NCBI GenBank assembly: GCA_040263955.1
Contig: JBDQJG010000001.1
Coordinates: 1 to 50,567 of the forward strand
Length of the DNA: 50,567 bases
Source of the DNA: Verrucomicrobiales bacterium
GTDB taxonomy: Bacteria; Verrucomicrobiota; Verrucomicrobiia; Verrucomicrobiales; DEV007
Direction: 5' to 3'
In this document: positions 9,249 to 18,468 of the stretch, one piece after another
How positions within the stretch are numbered: position 1 is the stretch's first letter
How the letters are laid out: every line of letters starts with the position of its first letter
Notes under the pieces: generated by a model
Told to the model about the DNA's origin: nothing
Database searches by the model: none
Seen by the model: the letters and a program-made list of their open reading frames with translations, nothing else
Program-made: the position numbers and the translations under genes

Positions 9249-9389
9249 GAGCATGTTCCTCACTTAATATAACAAAATAATTATATGATTCATGTAATAC
9301 AATTTAAATCTAAGTTGTTTGCGCTTATGTGCTCAAATTATAGATATATTTTTACTGTGCAATGATCCAGAACGCGCTACAATGTGCGT

Positions 9390-10115
9390 ATGGCAGCTGA
9401 GAGCTTTCCCATTCCGGTAGCGATCCTGATCAACTCGATCTCCCGCTCCACCACCACCGCCAGCCTTTCGCAAAGTTTGCGAGCGCTCCTGCAAGTCGCC
9501 CGTGACAAGCACTGGGAAGTTGTCGAAACCATCGAGATCCATCCCGGGGAGAACAACGCGCCCGTCCGAACTGCAACCGCGCGGATTCTTGAGTTGGCCG
9601 AAGCCGGCAGGATCCGCAAAGTCCTGGCCAACGATATTTCCTGCACGGGACGCCGGTGTTCCCTCGCCCTCCAGTTCCTGCGGGATCTGCATGCCCACGG
9701 GGTCTCCTTCTGCTGGCATTGCCAAGAAATCGAAACCCTGCTCCCCGAGGGCAGCCTCTCTCCTGGTGGCTCGATGATACTTGCGCTGCTCGACGAAATG
9801 GCCAGCGCGGAAAACGCCCGCCACAGTGCGAGCATCCTCAGCGGCCTTACAAGCGCCCGCAACAGGGGCAGAACTCTCGGCAGGCCCCCCGGCACAAAAG
9901 ACACGCCCGACGCCATTCTGGGCCGCTATCCGGAAGTGGTGCGTCACCTCGAGGAAGGCCTCAGTCTTCGGAAAATCGCGCACTTGGCGGGTGTCGCCCA
10001 GGGAACCGTTCAGCGGGTCAGAAGGGCGATGCAACAGGAAGGCAAGACCATCACCGCCACCGCGGGCCATGCCCCCGACCCATTCGAGGATGCGCTGCCC
10101 GTGGAGCTCCTGTGA
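9390..10115 (+). CDS. Resolvase/invertase-fold (serine recombinase-like) protein with a C-terminal HTH. The catalytic motifs look degenerate.
   Basis: It aligns by eye to Hin and gamma-delta resolvase. VAILINSISRS corresponds to IGYIRVSTIDQ. NDISCTGRR corresponds to LDRLGR. ALLDEMASAEN...NRGRTLGRPPG corresponds to ALAEMERE...GRLGGRP. The HTH reads LSLRKIAHLAGVAQGTVQRV. The ORF track starts it at GTG 9384, and an ATG lies at 9390. Confidence 0.65.
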   Translation: MAAESFPIPVAILINSISRSTTTASLSQSLRALLQVARDKHWEVVETIEIHPGENNAPVRTATARILELAEAGRIRKVLANDISCTGRRCSLALQFLRDLHAHGVSFCWHCQEIETLLPEGSLSPGGSMILALLDEMASAENARHSASILSGLTSARNRGRTLGRPPGTKDTPDAILGRYPEVVRHLEEGLSLRKIAHLAGVAQGTVQRVRRAMQQEGKTITATAGHAPDPFEDALPVELL

Positions 10116-10379
10116 GCAGGATTTCTCCTGCGAACCCTCTTCCCTCGGAAGGCATCATGGATTGGCAGGCCTCCCCGAATCTCGTCGACGGATTGTGCCA
10201 ACGGGTGAACAAACCAGTTCCCATGGCCTGCTCTGGCCGATGGTCGCCCCAGCACTTGCCGCGCGACCTTCGTGAGTTGCCGCAATCGTCTGCTGCCTCC
10301 CGCCGCCACACGCAAACCGGCAATCTGGCCACTTTGACTTGAAATTCCTCTGCCGAGCCTTCCCAGCCGGGAAATCCCG

Positions 10380-11990
10380 GTGTATAACTACCGCCCGTTC
10401 ATGGAAACGTTCGACTTTATCGTTGTGGGCACCGGCATCGCCGGTCTGACTGTAGCGCTCAAGGCAGCCGAGCACGGCGAAGTGTGCGTGCTGACCAAGC
10501 GATCGACCAAGGACTCGAATACCGCATGGGCACAGGGGGGCATCGCCTGTGTGCAGGGGGCAGACGATTGCCTCGAGGATCACCTTTCGGACACGCTCGA
10601 TGCCGGCGCCGGGCTTTGCGACGAGAGCGTGGCACGAACCATCATCACCGAGGGCCCTTCCCGGGTCTCCGAACTCATCGAGTTTGGAGTCACCTTCGAC
10701 CGCAACGCGGACGGCTCCTTCGACCTCACCCGCGAGGGCGGACACACCCGCCGCCGCGTCATGCACTCGCGGGACACCACCGGCCGCGCGATCTCGCAGG
10801 CACTCATAGCGGCGGCCCAAGCCCACCCGCGCATTACCATCCGCGAAAATCATTATGCGATCGATCTCGTGACCACCGGCAAGCTCGGCTACGCGTCCCA
10901 TGACCGGGCCATCGGCCTCTACGTGCTTGACGAAGTATGCGGGGAGGTGGGCGCCCTCCGCTCGGATCGCATCTTCCTGTGCACAGGCGGCTCCGGCAGG
11001 GTCTACCAGTACACCACCAATCCGGTGGTGGCGACCGGAGACGGAGTCGCCATGGCCTGGCGCGCAGGCGCGGTGATCTCCGATATGGAATTCATCCAGT
11101 TCCATCCCACGTGCCTCTACCACCCACTGCGCAAGAATTTCCTCATTTCCGAGGCACTGCGCGGAGAGGGCGCTATTCTCGTCGACAAGAACGGCCACCC
11201 GTTCATGGGCAACTATGACAAGCGTGAATCCCTCGCGCCCCGCGACATCGTCGCCCGCGCCATCGATCAGGAAATCAAGCGTACCGGTGGTCCGTGCGTC
11301 TACCTCGATATTTCCGACAAAGGCAGGGAATTCATTACCACCCGCTTCCCCAACATCTACGAAACCTGTCTCGCGCTCGGCATCGATGCAACCAGCGAAC
11401 CCATCCCGGTGGTTCCCGCGGCCCACTATCAGTGCGGCGGCGTGCGTACCGACATCAATGGCTCGACCAGCATCCGTGGACTCTACGCGGTCGGCGAAGT
11501 CGGCCGCACCGGCCTGCACGGGGCCAACCGCCTGGCATCCAACTCACTGCTGGAAGGGGCGGTCATTGCCCACCGTGCCGTCGAGCATGCCGCCACTCGC
11601 TTTCCCGTCGATAGCTCGAAGCCGCCGAAGAATTATGCCATACCGAACTGGCAGAGCGGTGACGTTGCCGATGTCGACGAACTCGTCGTTATCTACCATA
11701 ACTGGGACGAAATCCGCCGCCTGATGTGGGATTACGTATCGATCTTTCGGACCGACAAACGGTTGCGCCGTGCGGCGCGACGCCTGCGTAATCTGCGCCG
11801 GGAGGTCGATGAATTCTACTGGGGCTACCGGATCACCACCGAGATTCTCGAGCTGCGTAACCTGATCGAGACCGCCTCCTTGATCGTTGACTCGGCAATC
11901 GGCCGGCTCGAAAGCCGCGGTCTGCACTACACGCTCGACCATCCCGGTAAGGACGCAGTCGCCCGCAGTTCGGAACTCTGCCGGTTCTGA
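10380..11990 (+). CDS. nadB: L-aspartate oxidase.
   Basis: FDFIVVGTGIAGL is the FAD motif. Also AQGGIA, HYQCGGV and GLHGANRLASNSLLEG. The start may instead be the ATG at 10401 (METFDF). Confidence 0.9.
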   Translation: MYNYRPFMETFDFIVVGTGIAGLTVALKAAEHGEVCVLTKRSTKDSNTAWAQGGIACVQGADDCLEDHLSDTLDAGAGLCDESVARTIITEGPSRVSELIEFGVTFDRNADGSFDLTREGGHTRRRVMHSRDTTGRAISQALIAAAQAHPRITIRENHYAIDLVTTGKLGYASHDRAIGLYVLDEVCGEVGALRSDRIFLCTGGSGRVYQYTTNPVVATGDGVAMAWRAGAVISDMEFIQFHPTCLYHPLRKNFLISEALRGEGAILVDKNGHPFMGNYDKRESLAPRDIVARAIDQEIKRTGGPCVYLDISDKGREFITTRFPNIYETCLALGIDATSEPIPVVPAAHYQCGGVRTDINGSTSIRGLYAVGEVGRTGLHGANRLASNSLLEGAVIAHRAVEHAATRFPVDSSKPPKNYAIPNWQSGDVADVDELVVIYHNWDEIRRLMWDYVSIFRTDKRLRRAARRLRNLRREVDEFYWGYRITTEILELRNLIETASLIVDSAIGRLESRGLHYTLDHPGKDAVARSSELCRF

Positions 11991-12059
11991 ATTCCGACCG
12001 AAGCGGCGCACCGACTACGATTGCCCGATGGCCCTCCAACTGTAGAATCCCGCTCGCTC

Positions 12060-12941
12060 ATGGCAACCAGACCGAAAGCGCTGCTGCTCGCCGCTCTCCT
12101 CTTCCTGGGGGACGGCCCTGCTTTTCGTGCGGCCGCTCAGTCGAGTGCGGCGAAGCAGCCTCCGGCCGCCACCAATTACTCCGGTGATGGCCTGCCGACC
12201 ATCGTAGCGCCCACCCGACCGCGCTCCATGTCCACGCGCTTTCCTTGGAAAATCGGCATCACGGCGACAATCTTCTGGGTCGGCGAGGAACCCGGCCCGA
12301 ACAACCCAACCCCCAACAACAAGAGCTCATGGGATGTCGCATGGGAAAAGAATTTCGGCGGCTACGATGATCCCGATATCTCCAAGCGAAACCGCAATTA
12401 CTGTCCGGAGGCGTTCGTCCCCCTGGAAAACCCGTTCTATATCGCGCTGCCCTATAACGATGTCGCCGGTTACGGCAAGCACAAGCCCGAGGCACCGCGG
12501 GTCATCCCATGGTTCCGTGAACGCTACACCGGACCGGGTAAAACCGTCCTCAAGGGACAATGGATCGCCATTCGCTATGCGGGCCGTACCTGCTTCGCCC
12601 AATGGGAAGACTGCGGACCCTTTGTCACTGATGATTACAACTACGTGTTCGGCAAAAGCCCTCCGAAAAACACCAAGAACAAGGCTGCGGGAATTGATCT
12701 TTCGCCAGCCTGCCGCGACTATCTCCGCCTGCGCAGCGGCGCCCGGGTGGATTGGCGATTCGTCAGCCTGCAGGAAGTTACCGATGGCCCGTGGTGCAGA
12801 TACGGGCGCAACAACACCGCCCGCAACCGGACAACCGGGTTGGATATCGGGGAGCAGCAGAAGCGCCTGCAGGAGCTCCGGCGCATGCGCGATCAGTGGT
12901 TCCAGCAACAGTACCGCCAGCCCACCAGCGTCGATCCCTGA
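12060..12941 (+). CDS. Hypothetical secreted protein.
   Basis: The ATG at 12060 gives the signal peptide MATRPKALLLAALLFLGDGPAFRAAAQ. The TTG at 12021 in the ORF track is less plausible. Conserved-looking blocks TIFWVGE and NPFYIALPYND are present, but I do not recognise the family. Confidence 0.5.
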   Translation: MATRPKALLLAALLFLGDGPAFRAAAQSSAAKQPPAATNYSGDGLPTIVAPTRPRSMSTRFPWKIGITATIFWVGEEPGPNNPTPNNKSSWDVAWEKNFGGYDDPDISKRNRNYCPEAFVPLENPFYIALPYNDVAGYGKHKPEAPRVIPWFRERYTGPGKTVLKGQWIAIRYAGRTCFAQWEDCGPFVTDDYNYVFGKSPPKNTKNKAAGIDLSPACRDYLRLRSGARVDWRFVSLQEVTDGPWCRYGRNNTARNRTTGLDIGEQQKRLQELRRMRDQWFQQQYRQPTSVDP

Positions 12942-12949
12942 GCCTGCCC

Positions 12950-12985
12950 GAGCGTGCTTTCCTGAGAGCGGAAATTCTCACGCTC
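12950..12985. terminator. Imperfect hairpin between convergent genes; possible bidirectional terminator.
   Basis: GAGCGTG (12950-12956) pairs with CACGCTC (12979-12985), with an inner TTTCC/GGAAA pairing. There is no clear U-tract. Confidence 0.25.
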
Positions 12986-13006
12986 CAGAACCAGCGCTTG
13001 CCCGGT

Positions 13007-14350
13007 TCACAGCAGCGCACTCGCCAGGCTCAGGACCAGGAAAAACCCGAACATGTCGACGCTGGTAGTGAGAATCGGCCCGGATGCCAGAGCCGGATCC
13101 CAACCGATGTGACGCAGGAAGAGCGGGATCGTCCCACCGAGCAACACCGCGAAAAACGTGTTTATTGCCAGCGCCGTCGCAATGACGACTGCCAACCGGA
13201 TTTCACCGGAATACACAAACGCAATGGCCCCCAGCAGCACCCCGAGAGTCAGCCCCACGACTGCTCCCAACAACGCCTCCTTGGTGAAGACCCAGAGCGT
13301 CTCGGTCGGCCGGATCAATCCGAGGGCCAATTCCCTGATGCTCACGGCCATGGCCTGGTTGCCCGAATTGCCGCTCAAGCCCGCCACGATTGTCAGGAAT
13401 GCCGCAAGAATCGCGTGCTCGCGAATCGTCTCCTCATTGGCCACGATCACGATCGAAGCGGCCACCAGCAACACCATACTCGGGATCAGCCAGGCCAGCC
13501 TGCGCCCGATCCTGGACCAGATCGGCATACTGCGCAATTCCTCGCCACCGACAATGCCGCTGGCTTTCAAATAAGTCTGCTTCGATCGCTTTTCCGCGGC
13601 CTCATTGACCGCCGCCTTGCGAATCACCCCGACAAGGTGGCCGGAATCATCCACCACCGGCATCCCCAGAAACGGGTGCTCCTCGAAAATATCGACGAGT
13701 TCATCCAGTGGTGTATCCAGCCCGGCGCGTAGGGGATTATCCACCATCAAGGTGCCGACCTTGGCTTCCGGTGTGGCCAGCAACACATCGCGCATCTTGA
13801 GCACGCCTCTCAAGGCCCCCGATGCCGAGGTGATGTACGCATAGAGCACGCCGTAATCAGAATACGTCTCCCTGTTGAGGCGTAGATCCTCCAGTACCTC
13901 GGCGACTGTATAATGCTCCGGAAACGAGAGAAACTCGGTCATCATGATGCCCCCGGCCGTGTCGTCCGGGTAGCGGATCAACCGCCGCGCCGTCTCCGCC
14001 TCCTGCGGATCCATCGCCTCGAGAATCGCCTCGGCCTCCTCCTCATCCACCTCCGCGAGAATATCCGCCAGCTCATCACCGGGCAGTTCATCGACGATGG
14101 CGGCTGCCCCCTCGGGGGGAAGGTCCTCGATCAAGTCGGCTGCCTGCTCGTCGGGAAGGTCAACCAGGACCTTGGCAGCTTTTTCCGGGCCGAGCAGGCT
14201 CAACAGCCGCTGGCTGGCAGTCTCGTCCAAATGACCGATCGCCCTTGCAGTCTGGGCCGGAGTCAATTCATCGAGGAACACGATGAGTTGCTCCAAATCT
14301 CCCTGATCGACGAGTTCTCCCAGCCTGATCCATGACCGCCTGCTGCGCAT
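13007..14350 (-). CDS. mgtE: Magnesium transporter MgtE.
   Basis: 447 aa with an MgtE N-domain, a CBS pair (GMPVVDDSGHLVGVI) and a C-terminal TM domain (GLSGNSGNQAMAVSIR, DPALASGPILTTSVD). Confidence 0.9.
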   Translation of the reverse strand: MRSRRSWIRLGELVDQGDLEQLIVFLDELTPAQTARAIGHLDETASQRLLSLLGPEKAAKVLVDLPDEQAADLIEDLPPEGAAAIVDELPGDELADILAEVDEEEAEAILEAMDPQEAETARRLIRYPDDTAGGIMMTEFLSFPEHYTVAEVLEDLRLNRETYSDYGVLYAYITSASGALRGVLKMRDVLLATPEAKVGTLMVDNPLRAGLDTPLDELVDIFEEHPFLGMPVVDDSGHLVGVIRKAAVNEAAEKRSKQTYLKASGIVGGEELRSMPIWSRIGRRLAWLIPSMVLLVAASIVIVANEETIREHAILAAFLTIVAGLSGNSGNQAMAVSIRELALGLIRPTETLWVFTKEALLGAVVGLTLGVLLGAIAFVYSGEIRLAVVIATALAINTFFAVLLGGTIPLFLRHIGWDPALASGPILTTSVDMFGFFLVLSLASALL

Positions 14351-14591
14351 GCGATGACTATGGCGCGCTCTGCAACAATGTCACGCACCACCGCCTCAAC
14401 GCAGCGAGCAAATTTGCCCATACCCCGCTTCCGCGGCAATCGTCGATCACGCTAAAATCCATTTGCACCCCGGCATTCCTTGGCCACAATACAAGCCCGC
14501 TACCGTTGAGGATGCCTGCAGTCCAAGCGTGATGAGGGAGACCCGCGAGGGCCTTTCCCGGGCATCCGACCAGAGACCCCCCAGACACCAG

Positions 14592-15560
14592 ATGATCAGC
14601 GTAGAAAATCTTACCAAGCGATTCGGCACCAAACTTGCAGTCAACGATATCTCTTTCGAGGTTGGGAAAGGTGAAGTGCTCGGATTTCTCGGGCCGAACG
14701 GGGCCGGCAAATCGACCACCATGCGGATGATCACCGGCTACTTCGAGCCGTCAGCCGGTTCGGTCATGATCGATGGCGTCAGCATGCTCGATGCGCCCCG
14801 ATTGGCGAAAGAGAAAATCGGTTACCTCCCAGAGAATGCGCCGCTTTACAACGACATGACGGTCCTCGGTTTCCTGGGCTTCTCGGCCGATCTTCGTGGC
14901 CTCACCGGAACTGCCCGCTCAGCTGCCATTGGCAGGGCACTCGAAACCTGTTTCCTCGAACCGGTCCGCAATCAGAGTATCGATACGCTCTCCAAGGGCT
15001 ACCGGCACCGCACCTGCCTCGCCCAATCAATCATCCATGATCCGGAGATTCTCATCCTGGACGAGCCAACCGATGGACTCGACCCGAACCAGAAAGCGGA
15101 AGTCCGCAATCTCATCAAGCGAATGGGCGAAACCCGGACCATCGTCTTTTCCACTCACATCCTCGAGGAGGTGGAAGCTGCCTGCACCCGGGCCATCATC
15201 ATCGACCAGGGGAAGATCGTCGCCGACGGAACGCCCGATGAACTGAAGTCTCGGGCGGTCGACGCCGGGGCATTAGAGGTACGGATCCAAGGTCCTTCAG
15301 CTTCCGCCATCCGGGAGGAACTCGGCAGGTTGAGTTGCACGAAAACGGTGACAACGAACAGTGAACACCAGCCGCATGAGGGAGAGGAATCGGGATGTTT
15401 CACCGGGTCAGTGATTCCCAAGGGCAAAGACAAGACCGCCGCGCTCACCGTGGAAATTAATGACCTTTGCAGGGACCGGGGCTTCCGCATCGAGGAACTC
15501 TACTGCAACCCGGGGCGCCTTGACGACGTCTTCCGCTCGATCACCCAAACCGCCGAATAG
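14592..15560 (+). CDS. ABC transporter ATP-binding protein, GldA-like.
   Basis: The start MISVENLTKRFG at 14592 is preferred over 14463. Walker A is GPNGAGKST, the signature is LSKGYRHR, and Walker B is ILILDEPT. Confidence 0.85.
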   Translation: MISVENLTKRFGTKLAVNDISFEVGKGEVLGFLGPNGAGKSTTMRMITGYFEPSAGSVMIDGVSMLDAPRLAKEKIGYLPENAPLYNDMTVLGFLGFSADLRGLTGTARSAAIGRALETCFLEPVRNQSIDTLSKGYRHRTCLAQSIIHDPEILILDEPTDGLDPNQKAEVRNLIKRMGETRTIVFSTHILEEVEAACTRAIIIDQGKIVADGTPDELKSRAVDAGALEVRIQGPSASAIREELGRLSCTKTVTTNSEHQPHEGEESGCFTGSVIPKGKDKTAALTVEINDLCRDRGFRIEELYCNPGRLDDVFRSITQTAE

Positions 15561-15645
15561 CCTGCAACGGCCACCCGGATTTGTTTTCCGCACCTGTTCT
15601 GATATCCGCTCGCCCGCCAACACTTCCATTGCCACCGACATCGTC

Positions 15646-16392
15646 ATGGACATCGCATTCCGAAATATCAAAGCTGTCTTCCGGCGCGAACTCTCCGCCT
15701 ACTTCAGTTCCCCGATCGCCTACACCATCATCGTAATTTTTCTGCTCGTCTCTACCGGTTTCGCCTTCTGGGTGGGTGACCTCTGGGATTTCGGCGACGC
15801 CTCACTCACCTGGACTTTCTTCTTTTTCCTGCCGTGGTTCTTCGTCGTGCTCGCCCCCGCGGTCGGAATGCGGCTGTGGGCTGACGAGCATCGGCAGGGT
15901 ACTATCGAGCTCATACTCACCATGCCGATTCATACATGGCATGCCATCGTCGGGAAATTTCTCGCCTCTGTCCTGGTCTGGGCCATCGCCCTGTTGCTGA
16001 CCTGGCCGATCGTCTGGACCATTCAGTTCCTCGGTGACCCCGACATGGGACCAATCCTGAGCGGCTACCTCGGATCTTTCCTCTTCGCCTCCGCCTGCGT
16101 CGCCATCAGCATGGCGATCTCCGCTTTTACCCGCAGCCAGATCACCTGCCTGCTCATTTCGATCACCGTCTGTCTCGGCCTGACCCTGCTGGGCTACCCG
16201 CAGATCGTGGAACAACTCATGAAGATGCTGCCTGCGAATGTCGTGGATGGCATCGCCGACCTCAGCCTGATGTCTCATTTTCTGGATATGACCAAGGGTG
16301 TCCTGGTGTTCCGAGACATCCTATACTTCATGAGCATCATCGTCGTCTCGCTTGTCGTCACCAGTATCGCAATCCGCGCCAAGCGTTCCTGA
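15646..16392 (+). CDS. ABC-2 type permease, GldF-like.
   Basis: An internal ATG at 15646 gives MDIAFRNIKAVFRRELSAYFSSPIAY. Multi-TM protein, immediately downstream of the ATPase. Confidence 0.75.
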   Translation: MDIAFRNIKAVFRRELSAYFSSPIAYTIIVIFLLVSTGFAFWVGDLWDFGDASLTWTFFFFLPWFFVVLAPAVGMRLWADEHRQGTIELILTMPIHTWHAIVGKFLASVLVWAIALLLTWPIVWTIQFLGDPDMGPILSGYLGSFLFASACVAISMAISAFTRSQITCLLISITVCLGLTLLGYPQIVEQLMKMLPANVVDGIADLSLMSHFLDMTKGVLVFRDILYFMSIIVVSLVVTSIAIRAKRS

Positions 16393-16467
16393 CCCCTCGC
16401 ACACAGGCTGCAGATCAGCCACAATACCTACCTTTTTTCTTCCTCCCTCCCCCCACCCAGCAACACC

Positions 16468-18426
16468 ATGAGCCAGCACGCTGCCTCCGGAACCGCCAAG
16501 TCAACCAACGCCTCGCTTGTCGCCATCGCGGGAATCGTCGTCGTCATCCTGATCGCCGTCGTGATCAACTACATCGTTGGTGCGCTCGGACTTTTCAATT
16601 TCCGCATCGACCTCACCGAGGACCGAATCTACACGCTCTCCGAAGGCACCCGGAACATCCTCGGCAAGATCCCCGACGACACCCCGGTAGCCATCCGCTT
16701 CTACGTTACCGAAGATCCCCGCGTGGTGCCTCGCCCCCTCAAGGACTACGCCCGGGATGTGGAAGATCTGCTGCTGGAATTCAAAAAGGCGGCAAACGGG
16801 CGGATCACGCTGGAACGCTTCAATCCGGAGCCGGATACAGATGCCGAAGACTCGGCTGTGCTCGACCAGGTCCGCCCGCAATCGCTCAACCTGACTGATC
16901 AGCTTTATTTCGGCATTGCCCTCCAGTGCCTCGACCGCCGGGAAACCCTGGCGTTCCTCGACCCCTCACGGGAAACGCTCCTCGAGTATGACGTTGCGCG
17001 GGCCATCTCGCAGGTAACCGCGCGAGCCCGGCCAGTTGTCGGAATTCTCTCGCCCCTGCCCGTGGCCGGCCCCGCGATGCAACTTCCACCCCAGTTGATG
17101 GGGGGGCAACCGCAGCAGCAACCGTGGGTATTCCACAGCGAACTCTCCCGTGATTTCGAGGTGCGCACCGTGCCTTACACTTCCGACGCTCCCATCGACG
17201 AGGAAATCAATATCCTGTTCGTCATTCATCCACACGAGGCGGGAGAACTCCTGCAATACCGCATCGACCAGTTCCTCATGCGCGGGGGCAAGGCTTTCAT
17301 TTTCCTCGACCCGCACAGCATCACCGCACGCTTCGCTTCGCCTCCGCCCAACCCGATGCTCGGTCAGCAGGCCACTCCACCGGTCGGCCAATCTTCCAAC
17401 CTGCCGAAACTTCTTTCCCACTGGGGCCTCTCATTCGACTCCGACCAGGTGCTCGCCGATATGAACTACCGCACCCAGCTGCAGGGAGGCCGCCGGGCTG
17501 CCGGCATTCTATCGCTGACCGAAGACGCTCTCAGCCGCGAGGACCTGCTCACCAGCCGCCTCAGCGACGTACTGCTGGTTTTTGCCGGCGCGTTCTCCGG
17601 GAAGCCGGCCGACAACCTCGATATGGATGTGCTGATGAAAAGCTCGGCCAATTCCCAGCTGGTCAACCGCTTCGACGCCGAAAATGACGACCAGAAGATC
17701 CTCGGCAGCTTCGCTCCCTCAGGCATCGAACATCCGCTGGCCCTGCGCCTGCGTGGCAAATTCACCTCGGCTTTCAATGCCAACCCACTGAAAACACTGC
17801 CGGCAGAGGCTGATGAAGAGCAGGCCGATCAGGCCGATCAGGCCGACGACGATCACCTCTCCGAGTGCCGCGCAGAATCGACCGTGATCCTCGTTGGAGA
17901 CACCGACTGGGCCTACGATCAGTTCTGTGTGCAGGAACAATCGTTCATGGGCATGCGAATTGCCCAGCCAATCAATGACAATCTGAGCCTCGTGCTCAAT
18001 GTCAGCGAGCAGCTTGCCGGTGATCCGGAACTGATCCGGGTCCGCTCACGCTCCAGTCCGCGCCGCCCCTTCACCCGGATCAATGCGATGATGGCGCGGG
18101 CAGAGGCCGCCTACTCGGCGGAAATCACCAAGCTCGAAAGCGAATTCCAGATGGCTCAACGCCGCCTCAACGAATTGCAGAGACAGAAAGATCCATCTCA
18201 GCAGACCATTCTCTCCGCCGAGCAGCAGGTCGAAATCGAAAAACTCGAAGAGACGCGAATCGAGACCTCGCGGCGACTTCGACAGGTTCGCAAAGACCTC
18301 AACAAGGATATCGATAAGCTCGAGGCGCGCATCACCCTGACCAACGTGCTGGTTGTCCCGATCATCGTAGCGTGGGTCGGCATCGCCCTTGCCGTGTATC
18401 GTAAAATCCGCAATTCCGCCCGGTAA
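16468..18426 (+). CDS. GldG-like ABC-transporter auxiliary protein.
   Basis: 652 aa with N- and C-terminal TM anchors and the RIDLTEDRIYTLSEGT motif typical of GldG-family proteins. It follows the GldA/F-like genes. Confidence 0.75.
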   Translation: MSQHAASGTAKSTNASLVAIAGIVVVILIAVVINYIVGALGLFNFRIDLTEDRIYTLSEGTRNILGKIPDDTPVAIRFYVTEDPRVVPRPLKDYARDVEDLLLEFKKAANGRITLERFNPEPDTDAEDSAVLDQVRPQSLNLTDQLYFGIALQCLDRRETLAFLDPSRETLLEYDVARAISQVTARARPVVGILSPLPVAGPAMQLPPQLMGGQPQQQPWVFHSELSRDFEVRTVPYTSDAPIDEEINILFVIHPHEAGELLQYRIDQFLMRGGKAFIFLDPHSITARFASPPPNPMLGQQATPPVGQSSNLPKLLSHWGLSFDSDQVLADMNYRTQLQGGRRAAGILSLTEDALSREDLLTSRLSDVLLVFAGAFSGKPADNLDMDVLMKSSANSQLVNRFDAENDDQKILGSFAPSGIEHPLALRLRGKFTSAFNANPLKTLPAEADEEQADQADQADDDHLSECRAESTVILVGDTDWAYDQFCVQEQSFMGMRIAQPINDNLSLVLNVSEQLAGDPELIRVRSRSSPRRPFTRINAMMARAEAAYSAEITKLESEFQMAQRRLNELQRQKDPSQQTILSAEQQVEIEKLEETRIETSRRLRQVRKDLNKDIDKLEARITLTNVLVVPIIVAWVGIALAVYRKIRNSAR

Positions 18427-18468
18427 ACGCAGGACATCAACCGATCACCCGTTGCTTAATCCAGACCG

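Noticed and set aside
9285-9365. A 26-codon micro-ORF in the AT-rich segment.
   Set aside because: It has no ribosome-binding context or conservation evidence. AT-rich DNA yields such ORFs by chance. It is mentioned only within the AT-rich finding.
10155-11519. A 454-aa ORF antisense to nadB.
   Set aside because: Same high-GC artefact. The nadB frame carries unmistakable FAD and L-aspartate-oxidase motifs, and the antisense product is low complexity.
14351-14591. A possible Mg2+ (M-box/ykoK) riboswitch in the 240-nt leader region upstream of mgtE.
   Set aside because: Only a weak GUUGAGGCGGUGG resemblance to the GUUAGGUGAGGCU box is present, about 50 nt from the start codon. The other conserved M-box segments are not visible. 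A covariance-model scan would be needed to revive the idea.
17821-17847. A tandem 9-nt repeat (CAGGCCGAT x3) considered as a possible CRISPR or VNTR element.
   Set aside because: It has only three units, lies in frame inside the GldG-like gene, and encodes QAD repeats. It is not a CRISPR array.
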